IMG/VR virus record: IMGVR_UViG_3300036940_000262
Length of the DNA stretch: 64,000 nucleotides
DNA from: an uncultured virus (IMG/VR IMGVR_UViG_3300036940_000262)
Lineage: Duplodnaviria; Heunggongvirae; Uroviricota; Caudoviricetes
Strand: one strand, 5' to 3'
A program made the position numbers and the translations under genes. This document shows positions 30,482 through 38,930 of this stretch, piece by piece (position 1 is the stretch's first letter; the number at the start of each line of letters is the position of its first letter). A model generated the notes under the pieces. It was not told the DNA's origin. It saw nothing but the letters and a program-made list of their open reading frames with translations, and did no database searches.

Positions 30482-31579
30482 ATGCAAAATTTAAGATACA
30501 TAAATAAAAACTATAAAACAAGAACAGTTAATGGGAGACAAGTAAATTACACAATGTTTGACATTGATAACATCTCTTTAGGGATGATTTTAGAGTACAC
30601 CTCACAAGGTAATCTTATGTTTGCAACTACAAATAATAAGGTGTACTTCTCAAATCAGCCTGTTTATAAGAGAGCTTTCACCGATTCTGTAATCCCTAGA
30701 ACTTATAATTTAAGTATAGCTACTTTTAATCAAGGTAGTATTGTGTATTCTGAAAGATTGACTAAACATATTACAAAAGAAAAGATACTGGATACTCTTG
30801 TAAAGCTACCATACACTTACTGTGTATCTTTTATTGGGGCATACTTAGTAATATTTGACTACAGGTTTAATATAAAAAACACAGAAACTTTGACTTACGA
30901 AAACATAGGTTTTAAGTACAAAGAAATAGGAATGACTTATTCTAAATCCTCTTGGAAGGGGTTTATGGTAGGCTCAGAGATTTATACAACAGGCGTAGAC
31001 CAGTGGACTAAGATGGTAGAACCTCCAAAGGGGTATAAATTCCCTGACTTAAACTATAGGCTTTTCAGAGATAAGGTGCTTTCAGCTATGTGGAACGTGG
31101 AAAACTATCAGAGTTTTGCTTTTGAGGATATTTGGTACGATTACTCAGATACCCCGGGCGATTACAAGGAGTCTGGATACTGGTATGTTGGGAGTAGAGC
31201 AAATAACAGTAAAGAGGGGTATCTTAGAGACAAAGATATACTAAAAACACTAAGAACAAACACTTATAAAGGTTTATCTATCAAGAAAGCTTTCACTTCA
31301 TCAAAAGAGTTTAATCTTCTAACAAGTAAGTTAACAAAAGTAGGTGACTCTTATTATAAAGTAGATTTAAACAAAAAGTCAAGCAACGAGTTCTTATCAG
31401 CATTGTTCAGGTTTTTAGTATATTTTGGCAAAGAGGTGTTCTTGCACTTTGATTTCCAAACAAACTGTTGGTATATGGCTTTTAATTCAAAGAGTTATAC
31501 TGATGGTTCTTTATCAGTAAAATTTAATAATTGTCTAATGATAGGGGTATACGAAAGGGTGAGTGTTCAAAATGGGTAA
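30482..31579 (+). CDS. Hypothetical protein
   Basis: Start moved from 30407 (inside the terminator) to ATG 30482 after RBS GAGGGG. Confidence 0.65.
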   Translation: MQNLRYINKNYKTRTVNGRQVNYTMFDIDNISLGMILEYTSQGNLMFATTNNKVYFSNQPVYKRAFTDSVIPRTYNLSIATFNQGSIVYSERLTKHITKEKILDTLVKLPYTYCVSFIGAYLVIFDYRFNIKNTETLTYENIGFKYKEIGMTYSKSSWKGFMVGSEIYTTGVDQWTKMVEPPKGYKFPDLNYRLFRDKVLSAMWNVENYQSFAFEDIWYDYSDTPGDYKESGYWYVGSRANNSKEGYLRDKDILKTLRTNTYKGLSIKKAFTSSKEFNLLTSKLTKVGDSYYKVDLNKKSSNEFLSALFRFLVYFGKEVFLHFDFQTNCWYMAFNSKSYTDGSLSVKFNNCLMIGVYERVSVQNG

Positions 31580-32114
31580 ATTTATATCAAGATATCGACT
31601 AGTAATAGTCTGTGTTGCTATCTTGTTAGTTGCATTGATAGCTTGGAACATATCAAAGAAGCTTGTTTCAATTGGTAATGATGTTTCAACTAATATCTCT
31701 GTAAAGACACAGGAGGAATTGATCGAGGAAACAGATAAAAGTGAAGTTAATAGTATAGACTTATCTGAGAGAGAAGCTGTAGAAGCACCTAATGGTGATA
31801 TATACTACGAGTTGACAGGAGATGTATACGATCAAGCATTTCAGTATGTATATGACTATCATAGCAACTATCTGTCTGGTATTAGTTTAGATGGGTTAGA
31901 TTACAGCGTAACAAAGTCTGACGATAACGATAAAAACTATACTGTAGTAGTTGGGGACTGGGTTTTCTTACTGTACTACTCCAACAATGACTTCTTTATT
32001 ATTCATTACGGTAAGAAAACACCATATACTCCGCAAGAGAAAGAGACATACCTCAAATTAAGCGAGGGTGAGTTTATAGAAGATGGGGGTATATACTATT
32101 ATGTTCCAGAGTAA
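31563..32114 (+). CDS. Bitopic membrane or exported protein
   Basis: N-terminal TM followed by an acidic extracellular part. Confidence 0.6.
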   Translation: MFKMGKFISRYRLVIVCVAILLVALIAWNISKKLVSIGNDVSTNISVKTQEELIEETDKSEVNSIDLSEREAVEAPNGDIYYELTGDVYDQAFQYVYDYHSNYLSGISLDGLDYSVTKSDDNDKNYTVVVGDWVFLLYYSNNDFFIIHYGKKTPYTPQEKETYLKLSEGEFIEDGGIYYYVPE

Positions 32115-33294
32115 ACTAAAGAATATTTTATTAGTTGTTTTAGTGTTATGTATTTTACCAACAAACTTGTCTACTGTATACGCTTATGACTTCAATGCTA
32201 AGCACCCTGATATTAACAAAGAGGTATCAGTAGAGGATACGAAACTATATTTATGGAAGTACACAAGGTCAAAGGGGTACTCAGAGCAAGCGACAGCAGG
32301 TTTGATGGGAAACTTCTTTGGGGAATCTAGCTACAACTATAATAGAGTAGAGGAGTGGGCTAATGCCCCTGTAGAACGTGGAGACTTCTCCTATTTTTCA
32401 AGCCATATAGAGGGGAAGTATGGCGTTGGGTTAGTGCAATGGACATCGGCAGGTAGACAAGCAGGTTTGTTTGGTAAGTGTGATGAGTTAGGTACTCAAT
32501 GGACTGATTTAGGTTCACAACTAGCTTATTTGTACGATGTAGAAGCACCCTCAGAAGGAGGGGGTTCTGGTTGCACTAATGGTTGGTGGGATTACAATGG
32601 GCATTATCCTACATTAGATGATTTCAAAAAGTCTCAAGATATAGAACTTGCAATGCAAGTATTCTTAAGGGGTTTTGAGCGAGCAGGGGTAGAGCATTAT
32701 GATAAGAGATTACAAGCCGCAAAAGAAGCTTACGATACTTACAAAGGTACAGATTTCTCAGACTTAAGTGCAGGTGCTACAACAAATGATTCAGAAGTTG
32801 AGGTGGACAGCAACTTTTTAGTCCTTGAATGGGATTTAGTAGGTATGCCTGATAGGTCGGGTTTCTTAGACGGGGCGGTAGCCTTACCTACAGTTGAAGC
32901 TTTGAGTGGACAAGAGGCTTATTCTTTAAGTATAATAAAAGAGAACATACAAACGGCTAACGACAACAGAATATACGATATTATAAGACAATCAATCGTA
33001 ACAATTGGCTTGTTGTTAATAATGTATGGGTTAATTCTAAGTTTAGCGTTCTTTTTTGACAGAATCAGTATAGTCATTGACTTTAGCTTAGTGTCTGTAT
33101 TAACAGGTGGAAAGATAACTCCTGTATTTGACAACGTAGAGACTTATAATCAAGATCAGGGGTATATGTCTTGGATTCCTTTCTTTAAAAGGATGACGGT
33201 TGTATGGTTAGTAGGTTTTTTCATCATTTCAGGAGGGGTATTTTCTGTTATAGTAGCACCAACAGCAAGGTATATACAAACTTTATCTATGTAA
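32083..33294 (+). CDS. Exported phage-tail-lysozyme-like muramidase with C-terminal membrane domain
   Basis: Signal peptide; AGLMGN..GES, GVGLVQWT..GR, QLAYL and FERAG...R; likely start ATG 32101. Confidence 0.85.
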   Translation: MGVYTIMFQSKLKNILLVVLVLCILPTNLSTVYAYDFNAKHPDINKEVSVEDTKLYLWKYTRSKGYSEQATAGLMGNFFGESSYNYNRVEEWANAPVERGDFSYFSSHIEGKYGVGLVQWTSAGRQAGLFGKCDELGTQWTDLGSQLAYLYDVEAPSEGGGSGCTNGWWDYNGHYPTLDDFKKSQDIELAMQVFLRGFERAGVEHYDKRLQAAKEAYDTYKGTDFSDLSAGATTNDSEVEVDSNFLVLEWDLVGMPDRSGFLDGAVALPTVEALSGQEAYSLSIIKENIQTANDNRIYDIIRQSIVTIGLLLIMYGLILSLAFFFDRISIVIDFSLVSVLTGGKITPVFDNVETYNQDQGYMSWIPFFKRMTVVWLVGFFIISGGVFSVIVAPTARYIQTLSM

Positions 33295-33376
33295 ACAAAA
33301 GGTTATTTTTAAATATAATTTGCAAATAATGTATTAGAGAAAAAGGCGAAATATGTAAAATTTTGGAGGTATTAAA

Positions 33377-33991
33377 GTGGACAATAATTTAAATATGGTA
33401 AACGATGCAGCAGCTATTAGATTTTCACAGGAACTAGACAAACTACCACCAGAGGTTGGTGAGGTTGTCACCTTAGTAATTCCTGAATTTATGAATGGTT
33501 GTAGTTGGGGTTTTATTAAAGATAACGATGAGGTTTTTAAAAAGCATATTCCTGCAATTCAAAAGAATCCTAAAATGTCAGTGTTTAAAGTTTCAGGGGG
33601 TTACTTGGTATTTATGAATATGCTTTACTTGGTAGACCTTCTAAAACGAATTTCTAGCGGTTACATTACAAATAAAGAGTATGTAATTGCCGAGAAAAAC
33701 AGAGAAAAAGCACTTTTTGAGTTAAATAAAGAACTTAGTAAAGGTGAAAGAGGTCTGGTAGGTATTTACAACTTGAATGACACCAACAGAATCACTGTAA
33801 AAGGTAAAGTATATCCTGCATTTTGTGTATCCGTAAACGAGTTTCTAACAGCTTGCATCAGAAATAATCGTAAGATTAAGGTGCAGGGTAAAGTATATAC
33901 ACCTGATGATATTTCAAAAAACGTTACAAATTTTATCAAAACACTGATTATTGCACCCTCTGGCAATGCATTGTTTGTAGATGTGGTTTAA
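33377..33991 (+). CDS. Hypothetical protein
   Basis: 204 aa, GTG start after RBS GGAGGT. Confidence 0.7.
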   Translation: MDNNLNMVNDAAAIRFSQELDKLPPEVGEVVTLVIPEFMNGCSWGFIKDNDEVFKKHIPAIQKNPKMSVFKVSGGYLVFMNMLYLVDLLKRISSGYITNKEYVIAEKNREKALFELNKELSKGERGLVGIYNLNDTNRITVKGKVYPAFCVSVNEFLTACIRNNRKIKVQGKVYTPDDISKNVTNFIKTLIIAPSGNALFVDVV

Positions 33992-34510
33992 ATGGTAGAT
34001 TACAGTAAGATATTTCCGTTGGCTGAATACTATGAAAAAGTAGTTATGCCAATTGATAAGAAATACAGATATCGTAAAAGCGATAACAAGTTTATCTGTT
34101 GTTTACACAATGATAAAGACCCTTCACTAGGTATCGTAAAGTCTAAAAGTAAAGGCGAGGAGTTCCATTGTTTTGGTTGTAACTCTTGGAATAATGTAGT
34201 AGACTTCCACATGAAAGTTTCTTATATGTACTATAATAAGCTATTTGCCAGTAAAGACTTAGCTATTAAAGACTTATGTAGAATATTTGAGGTAGACTAC
34301 AAAGATGTCCCCGTAGAATCTTTATTAGAAAACTCTGAGGATAAAGCTTTTAGAAAGGAAGTGGCCTTAATGGATGCTGTTCAGCAGTGGAATTTTGGCG
34401 ATTTCAAAGTAGGGGTTGAACAAGGAAAGCTAGAACAAAGAGGGGTAGCATACTTTAATGAATTAATGATAAGGATGGTGGATGTGGTAAAATGTCAGAA
34501 TCAGAATTAG
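33992..34510 (+). CDS. Stand-alone CHC2 primase zinc-binding-domain protein
   Basis: CCLHNDKDPSL...FHCFGC...VVDF matches the DnaG zinc finger; no TOPRIM domain follows. Confidence 0.85.
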   Translation: MVDYSKIFPLAEYYEKVVMPIDKKYRYRKSDNKFICCLHNDKDPSLGIVKSKSKGEEFHCFGCNSWNNVVDFHMKVSYMYYNKLFASKDLAIKDLCRIFEVDYKDVPVESLLENSEDKAFRKEVALMDAVQQWNFGDFKVGVEQGKLEQRGVAYFNELMIRMVDVVKCQNQN

Positions 34511-35418
34511 AATTAGACTGTGGAATAGAGGATGGTTTTGAGTGTGTTACTACAACAAGGTCAATATTCGATGTAGTTCCCAGAGAAGGGGTATTCTTAG
34601 GATTAGACATATCTAAAACATCATCAGGGGTTACACTAATTGACAACAGTAAACATCAAGACTTGACAATAACTCTTGAAGATGTGAACAGTAAACATAG
34701 TGAAGTTTTGTTAAGACGACAATTAAAAGAACGGCTAGCACCGATAGTAGTCGGCAGACATTTTGATTTAATTATAGTAGAGGACGCCTTTCAAGGGGAT
34801 AACCCTAATGTAACAAGACTTTTATACAGCCTTAACACTGTAATAGACGAATTTATCGTAGATGGTGAGTGTACTTGTGATGTGTTTATGCGAGAGGACA
34901 ATCAGAGGTGGAAGAAGTGGTTATTTACATTAGACAGCACAAACAGTCACAAAGGTTATAATGACAAGGTGAGGATAGAATACTGTTTAAGCCTCTTAGG
35001 GGTAAAAAGAGACGGATCTAAAGGTTTTCAAGATAAACTAGACAGTCTAGGGTTAATCGTAAGTTATTTCTTGAGAAGTGCTGAAGATTTAGTGGAAAAT
35101 TCTATAAGTAAGGTATTGGGTAGAAGAGTCAGGTTTTCAGACATAAGTTTTTCTTACCAATATTTTGAAGAGGATGTGTTCTTTGGACTAGATTCAGAGG
35201 TATTTGAGAAGGGGTATCAGGTAGAAACAAGAGTAAGAGTTTTCACTAAAAAGAAAATGACAAAGATGCTAACAGAAAATCCACAAAGTATATTTATGAC
35301 TCATAAACGAGTTGTATTAGGTGCATTTGCTGAGGAGTTAAAACTAGACTCAAATATGCCAGAGGGTTACTTTGCTTTTTGGATTGGTAAGAATTTAGAC
35401 AGGTATTTAGAGATGTAG
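34492..35418 (+). CDS. RuvC-like Holliday junction resolvase with C-terminal extension
   Basis: FLGLDISKTSSG, IIVED, WKK and DKLDS acidic triad pattern. Confidence 0.75.
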   Translation: MSESELELDCGIEDGFECVTTTRSIFDVVPREGVFLGLDISKTSSGVTLIDNSKHQDLTITLEDVNSKHSEVLLRRQLKERLAPIVVGRHFDLIIVEDAFQGDNPNVTRLLYSLNTVIDEFIVDGECTCDVFMREDNQRWKKWLFTLDSTNSHKGYNDKVRIEYCLSLLGVKRDGSKGFQDKLDSLGLIVSYFLRSAEDLVENSISKVLGRRVRFSDISFSYQYFEEDVFFGLDSEVFEKGYQVETRVRVFTKKKMTKMLTENPQSIFMTHKRVVLGAFAEELKLDSNMPEGYFAFWIGKNLDRYLEM

Positions 35419-35475
35419 TACGAGAAAGGGGAAAACAACAGTTAAAATAAATTTATAAAAATCTAAAGAAATATG

Positions 35476-35503
35476 TTGATTAATATCATAAAAGTGTTAT
35501 AAT
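35476..35503 (+). promoter_or_regulatory. SigA-type promoter of IS607 tnpA
   Basis: TTGATT-N16-TATAAT with extended -10 TG; RBS GAGGTG downstream. Confidence 0.65.
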
Positions 35504-35523
35504 TATCACAGAGGTGATAAGAA

Positions 35524-36150
35524 ATGAAATATTATTCAATAGGTGAGTTTTCAAGGTCAATAGGAAAAACTCCACAAACATTAAGAGATTGGCATAAAAA
35601 AGGTATTTTTATACCGAGCCATGTAACAGATGGTGGAACTAGATATTATTCACAGGAACAATTAAATCATTTTTTAGGCATAAAAGGTGAAAAACCTAAA
35701 AACAAAAAAATTATAGGCTACTGTAGAGTTTCAAGTAATAAACAAAAAGATGACCTAGAAAGACAGGTCGAGAATGTAAAGACCTATATGATAGCCAAAG
35801 GATACTCTTTTGATGTTATAACAGACATTGGAAGTGGAATTAACTATAACAAAAAAGGATTAAATCAATTAATAGACTTAATAACTAATTCAGAAGTTGA
35901 AAAAATAGTAGTGTTATACAAAGATAGATTGCTAAGATTCGGTTTTGAATTGATAGAAAATCTGTGTGAAAAATATGAAACAGTTATAGAAATCATAGAT
36001 AATACCGAAAAAACAGAAGAACAAGAGTTGGTCGAGGATTTAATACAAATAGTTACAGTTTTTAGTTGTAGATTACAAGGTAAAAGAGCCAATAAAGCTA
36101 AAAAGATGATAAAAGGGTTGTTGGAAGATGATACTAGCGAAAAAAGTTAG
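35524..36150 (+). CDS. tnpA: IS607 transposase (MerR-like HTH plus serine recombinase)
   Basis: N-terminal TLRDW...GGTRYY HTH; YCRVSS, DIGSG, DRLLRFGFE and ELVEDL. Confidence 0.95.
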   Translation: MKYYSIGEFSRSIGKTPQTLRDWHKKGIFIPSHVTDGGTRYYSQEQLNHFLGIKGEKPKNKKIIGYCRVSSNKQKDDLERQVENVKTYMIAKGYSFDVITDIGSGINYNKKGLNQLIDLITNSEVEKIVVLYKDRLLRFGFELIENLCEKYETVIEIIDNTEKTEEQELVEDLIQIVTVFSCRLQGKRANKAKKMIKGLLEDDTSEKS

Positions 36151-37243
36151 ATTATTGCCTACAGAAAAACAAGAGCAACAACTTTGGAAGTCTGTAGGTA
36201 CAGCAAGATTTATTTATAACTGGACACTTAATAAACAAGAAGAAAACTACAAAAACGGTGGCAAGTTTATAAGTGATAATGATTTAAGAAAAGAATTAAC
36301 AATATTAAAACAAGACGAGTTAAGGTGGCTTAGTGAAGTATCTAACAATGTTGCTAAACAAGCAGTAAAAGACTGTTGTAATGCTTATAAGCGATTTTTT
36401 AAAGGACATTCAAAAAAGCCTAGATTCAAAAGTAGGCGTAAAAGCAAAAAGTCTTTTTATAATGATACTGAAAAGTTAAAAGTCAAAGAAAATAAGCTTG
36501 TTTTAATAGAAAAAGTAGGTTGGTTAAAAACAAACGAGCAGTTACCAATAGGGGTAAAATACACAAACCCTAGAATAAGTTATGACAATAAGTATTGGTA
36601 TATATCCGTTGGAATAGAACAAGACGAAATTAAAGAAGATTTAACAGATGTTTCTCTGGGTATTGATTTAGGACTAAAAGAATTGGCAGTATGTTCTAAT
36701 GGAGATGTTTATAAAAACATTAATAAAACCCCAGCAGTGAGAAAATTAGAGAAGAGATTAAAAAGATTACAAAAACAGGTAAGTAGAAAATATGAAAAAA
36801 ATAAAAAAGGAAAGGAGTTTGTCAAAACAAAAAATATTATAAAGCTTGAAAAACAGATACAACTAATACATAGACGATTAGCAAATATAAGAAATAATTA
36901 CATTCATCAAACAACTACAAGCATAGTGAAAACCAAACCTTGCAAAATAGTAATTGAAGATTTGAATGTAAAAGGAATGATGAAAAATAAACATTTATCG
37001 GATAGCATAAGGAAACAAAGTTTCTATGAATTTAGACGACAGTTAGAATATAAATCTAAATTTAGAGGGATTGAATTAATTGTAGCAGATAGATTTTATC
37101 CGTCATCAAAAACTTGTAGTTGCTGTGGGAATATCAAGACAGATTTAAAACTTAAAGATAGAGTTTATAACTGTGAATGTGGTTTTACCGTTGACAGAGA
37201 TTTAAACGCAAGTATCAATCTTTCGAGATATAAATTAGCTTAA
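36128..37243 (+). CDS. tnpB: RNA-guided nuclease TnpB
   Basis: RFIYNW HTH; RuvC motifs GIDLG, IEDL and DRDLNA intact; Zn finger CSCC...CEC. Confidence 0.95.
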   Translation: MILAKKVRLLPTEKQEQQLWKSVGTARFIYNWTLNKQEENYKNGGKFISDNDLRKELTILKQDELRWLSEVSNNVAKQAVKDCCNAYKRFFKGHSKKPRFKSRRKSKKSFYNDTEKLKVKENKLVLIEKVGWLKTNEQLPIGVKYTNPRISYDNKYWYISVGIEQDEIKEDLTDVSLGIDLGLKELAVCSNGDVYKNINKTPAVRKLEKRLKRLQKQVSRKYEKNKKGKEFVKTKNIIKLEKQIQLIHRRLANIRNNYIHQTTTSIVKTKPCKIVIEDLNVKGMMKNKHLSDSIRKQSFYEFRRQLEYKSKFRGIELIVADRFYPSSKTCSCCGNIKTDLKLKDRVYNCECGFTVDRDLNASINLSRYKLA

Positions 37244-37410
37244 AGTCACTTTAAAGACTAAGTTAATATGTAGGATTCGTTGTATCCGAATTTACGCCTT
37301 TGGAGTGTTATACAAACTAAAGTAGGTAATTACTTATAATTATCAAAATAGAACACGTTGAAAAAGGAATTAAACAAGATTTATAGATTTTTATAGATTT
37401 TTGGCAACGG
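37244..37410 (+). ncRNA. Putative TnpB omegaRNA scaffold
   Basis: Structured non-coding right end after tnpB, containing GAATTTACGCCTTTGGAG...GAAAAAGGAA. Boundaries are approximate. Confidence 0.65.
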
Positions 37411-37416
37411 AAAGTT

Positions 37417-37653
37417 TTGGCAATAGCAAAAAGAGATCAAATAAGTGCATTTATAAACTATATTGGCGGTTGTAGTGATTTAATCTATGTTGACGATAGC
37501 GGTGAGCGGGAATCTCAACATGTATGTACAAACGGTGATAAAGTATTAATACTTGGTAGACAAATTGCTTCTGTTTTTGTGTTTGGTGAAATGTTTACCT
37601 TCGAGTACTATAAATGTCCTAACTGTGGAAAAGTACTTTTATACAAGTACTAG
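37417..37653 (+). CDS. Small Zn-ribbon protein
   Basis: TTG start; HVC and CPNC motifs; its original RBS appears to lie on the far side of the IS. Confidence 0.65.
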   Translation: MAIAKRDQISAFINYIGGCSDLIYVDDSGERESQHVCTNGDKVLILGRQIASVFVFGEMFTFEYYKCPNCGKVLLYKY

Positions 37654-37666
37654 AAAGGGGTCATTA

Positions 37667-38347
37667 TTGAGAGTTAAAGAGGTTGAGGATTATTTCACAA
37701 GTCTCAACACTTCTTTAACATACTGCCCGGACAGCGTTATACGAACGTATATGTCAAGGGTTTCTATGAGTGATAAACAGGAAAAAGGTAGATTTAAAAA
37801 GAGTAAAGTCAGGGTTGTGTCAGAAACAAATCATTCACTGAGAGTGGGGTTGCTGTGCAGGTCTTTTGTATCAGATATGCTTCATGCAGGAGACTCTTTT
37901 CAGAACTTTATGTATGTTTCAGGATTGTTGCATGACATTGGCAAACAAGGAGTACCTTCAAGTATTCTAACAAAAGCGTGTAAATTAACTGAGGATGAGT
38001 GGGTTATCGTTAAAAACCATTCTAAACTTGGTGCAGACCTCTTAGCAAGTTCTTTAGCTTTTCATAAGTATGCTGAGGTGGTACTACACCATCATGAGAG
38101 GGAGGATGGTTCTGGTTATCCAAATAACTTAACATCCAAGGAAATTTGTATTGGTTCTAAGATATTGTGCATCGTAGATTCTTTCGATGCAATGATAAGT
38201 AAAAGAGCATACAGTGATGCTATGAATGTAAATCATGCAGTTGATGAGTTACAAGAAAACTCAGGGGTACTATTTAACAAAGATATTTGTTCAATGTTTA
38301 CTGATTTTGTTTCAAACAATTGCAAAAATATGTTTGAAGTGGGGTAA
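37667..38347 (+). CDS. Stand-alone HD-GYP cyclic-dinucleotide phosphodiesterase
   Basis: HSLRV, LHDIGK, HHHEREDGSGYP and DSFDAM. Start moved from 37553 to TTG 37667 after RBS AAAGGGG. Confidence 0.9.
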   Translation: MRVKEVEDYFTSLNTSLTYCPDSVIRTYMSRVSMSDKQEKGRFKKSKVRVVSETNHSLRVGLLCRSFVSDMLHAGDSFQNFMYVSGLLHDIGKQGVPSSILTKACKLTEDEWVIVKNHSKLGADLLASSLAFHKYAEVVLHHHEREDGSGYPNNLTSKEICIGSKILCIVDSFDAMISKRAYSDAMNVNHAVDELQENSGVLFNKDICSMFTDFVSNNCKNMFEVG

Positions 38348-38356
38348 AAATATCTA

Positions 38357-38392
38357 AACAAGGTTATATTAGCATCTGTAATGTTGTATAAT
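38357..38392 (+). promoter_or_regulatory. Element-type promoter AACAAGGT-N22-TATAAT
   Basis: Recurrent motif upstream of the micropeptide ORFs. Confidence 0.72.
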
Positions 38393-38432
38393 AGTCACAT
38401 AAGATAAAGAAAGCGTAATGGAGGTGCAGTAT

Positions 38433-38456
38433 ATGGCTAGAGATCGACCTGAGTGA
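38433..38456 (+). CDS. Micropeptide MARDRPE (7 aa)
   Basis: RBS GGAGGTG 6 nt before ATG; paralogous to 38526..38567. Confidence 0.55.
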   Translation: MARDRPE

Positions 38457-38525
38457 GTTTTTTTAATATGTGATATAGTAGAGAGTATAAACAAATAAAA
38501 ATTTTATATAAGGAGGTGAGTGCGT

Positions 38526-38567
38526 ATGGCTAGAGGACGACCTTTAGAAACTACAATTAAATTATAA
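38526..38567 (+). CDS. Micropeptide MARGRPLETTIKL (13 aa)
   Basis: RBS AAGGAGGTG 7 nt before ATG; paralogous to 38433..38456. Confidence 0.55.
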   Translation: MARGRPLETTIKL

Positions 38568-38794
38568 TTAAATAAGATCCGGCGGGGCAACTATAAAATC
38601 AATATAATCCCGTATAAGACACCATACAATATCAGGGTGTATAATAAAATATTAAAAACGTTCTGTGCGAATTGCCCAATAGTGCGGAACATGATTTTCC
38701 AGAAGTATTCTATAATATTGTGTTGTTGGTTTGGTATCAGAGTTGATTAACAAGAGTGTTACTCCGTAGACAAAATGCTAACTCTTTTGTGTAG

Positions 38795-38826
38795 AGCAGT
38801 CATATTTAAAATGACTGCTTTTTTTA
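38795..38826 (+). terminator. Intrinsic terminator
   Basis: AGCAGTCAT/ATGACTGCT stem with T tract. Confidence 0.85.
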
Positions 38827-38930
38827 TTGCACACTATTTTGGTGAGAGGAAATTTCTATATTATAATTAATAGGTAAAGGTGGTTAAATAAGTATTTATT
38901 AGTATAATACAAGTAAACAAGGAGAGTTGA

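Larger units (their letters stand above)
35430..37410 (+). mobile_element. IS607-family insertion sequence (tnpA serine recombinase, tnpB, omegaRNA)
   Basis: Overlapping tnpA/tnpB; GG at both junctions (35430-31, 37409-10); subterminal TAGATTTTTATA-type repeats, tandem at the right end and inverted (TATAAAAATCTA) at the left end. Confidence 0.88.

Noticed and set aside
32083..33294. Evidence for a phage tail module
   Set aside because: The lysozyme has a signal peptide and TM anchor, and no tail, baseplate or capsid genes are nearby.
35430..37410. IStron (group I intron-IS607 hybrid)
   Set aside because: Only about 90 nt separate the left end from tnpA, leaving no room for a group I ribozyme core.
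38420..38567. Possible CRISPR mini-array
   Set aside because: Only two imperfect copies, no palindrome and no cas genes; the repeat is better explained as RBS plus start codons.
38570..38790. c-di-GMP riboswitch next to the HD-GYP gene
   Set aside because: No GGCAAAC/GAAA/GCAAAGC class I core or class II pattern is recognisable; kept only as an unknown structured RNA.
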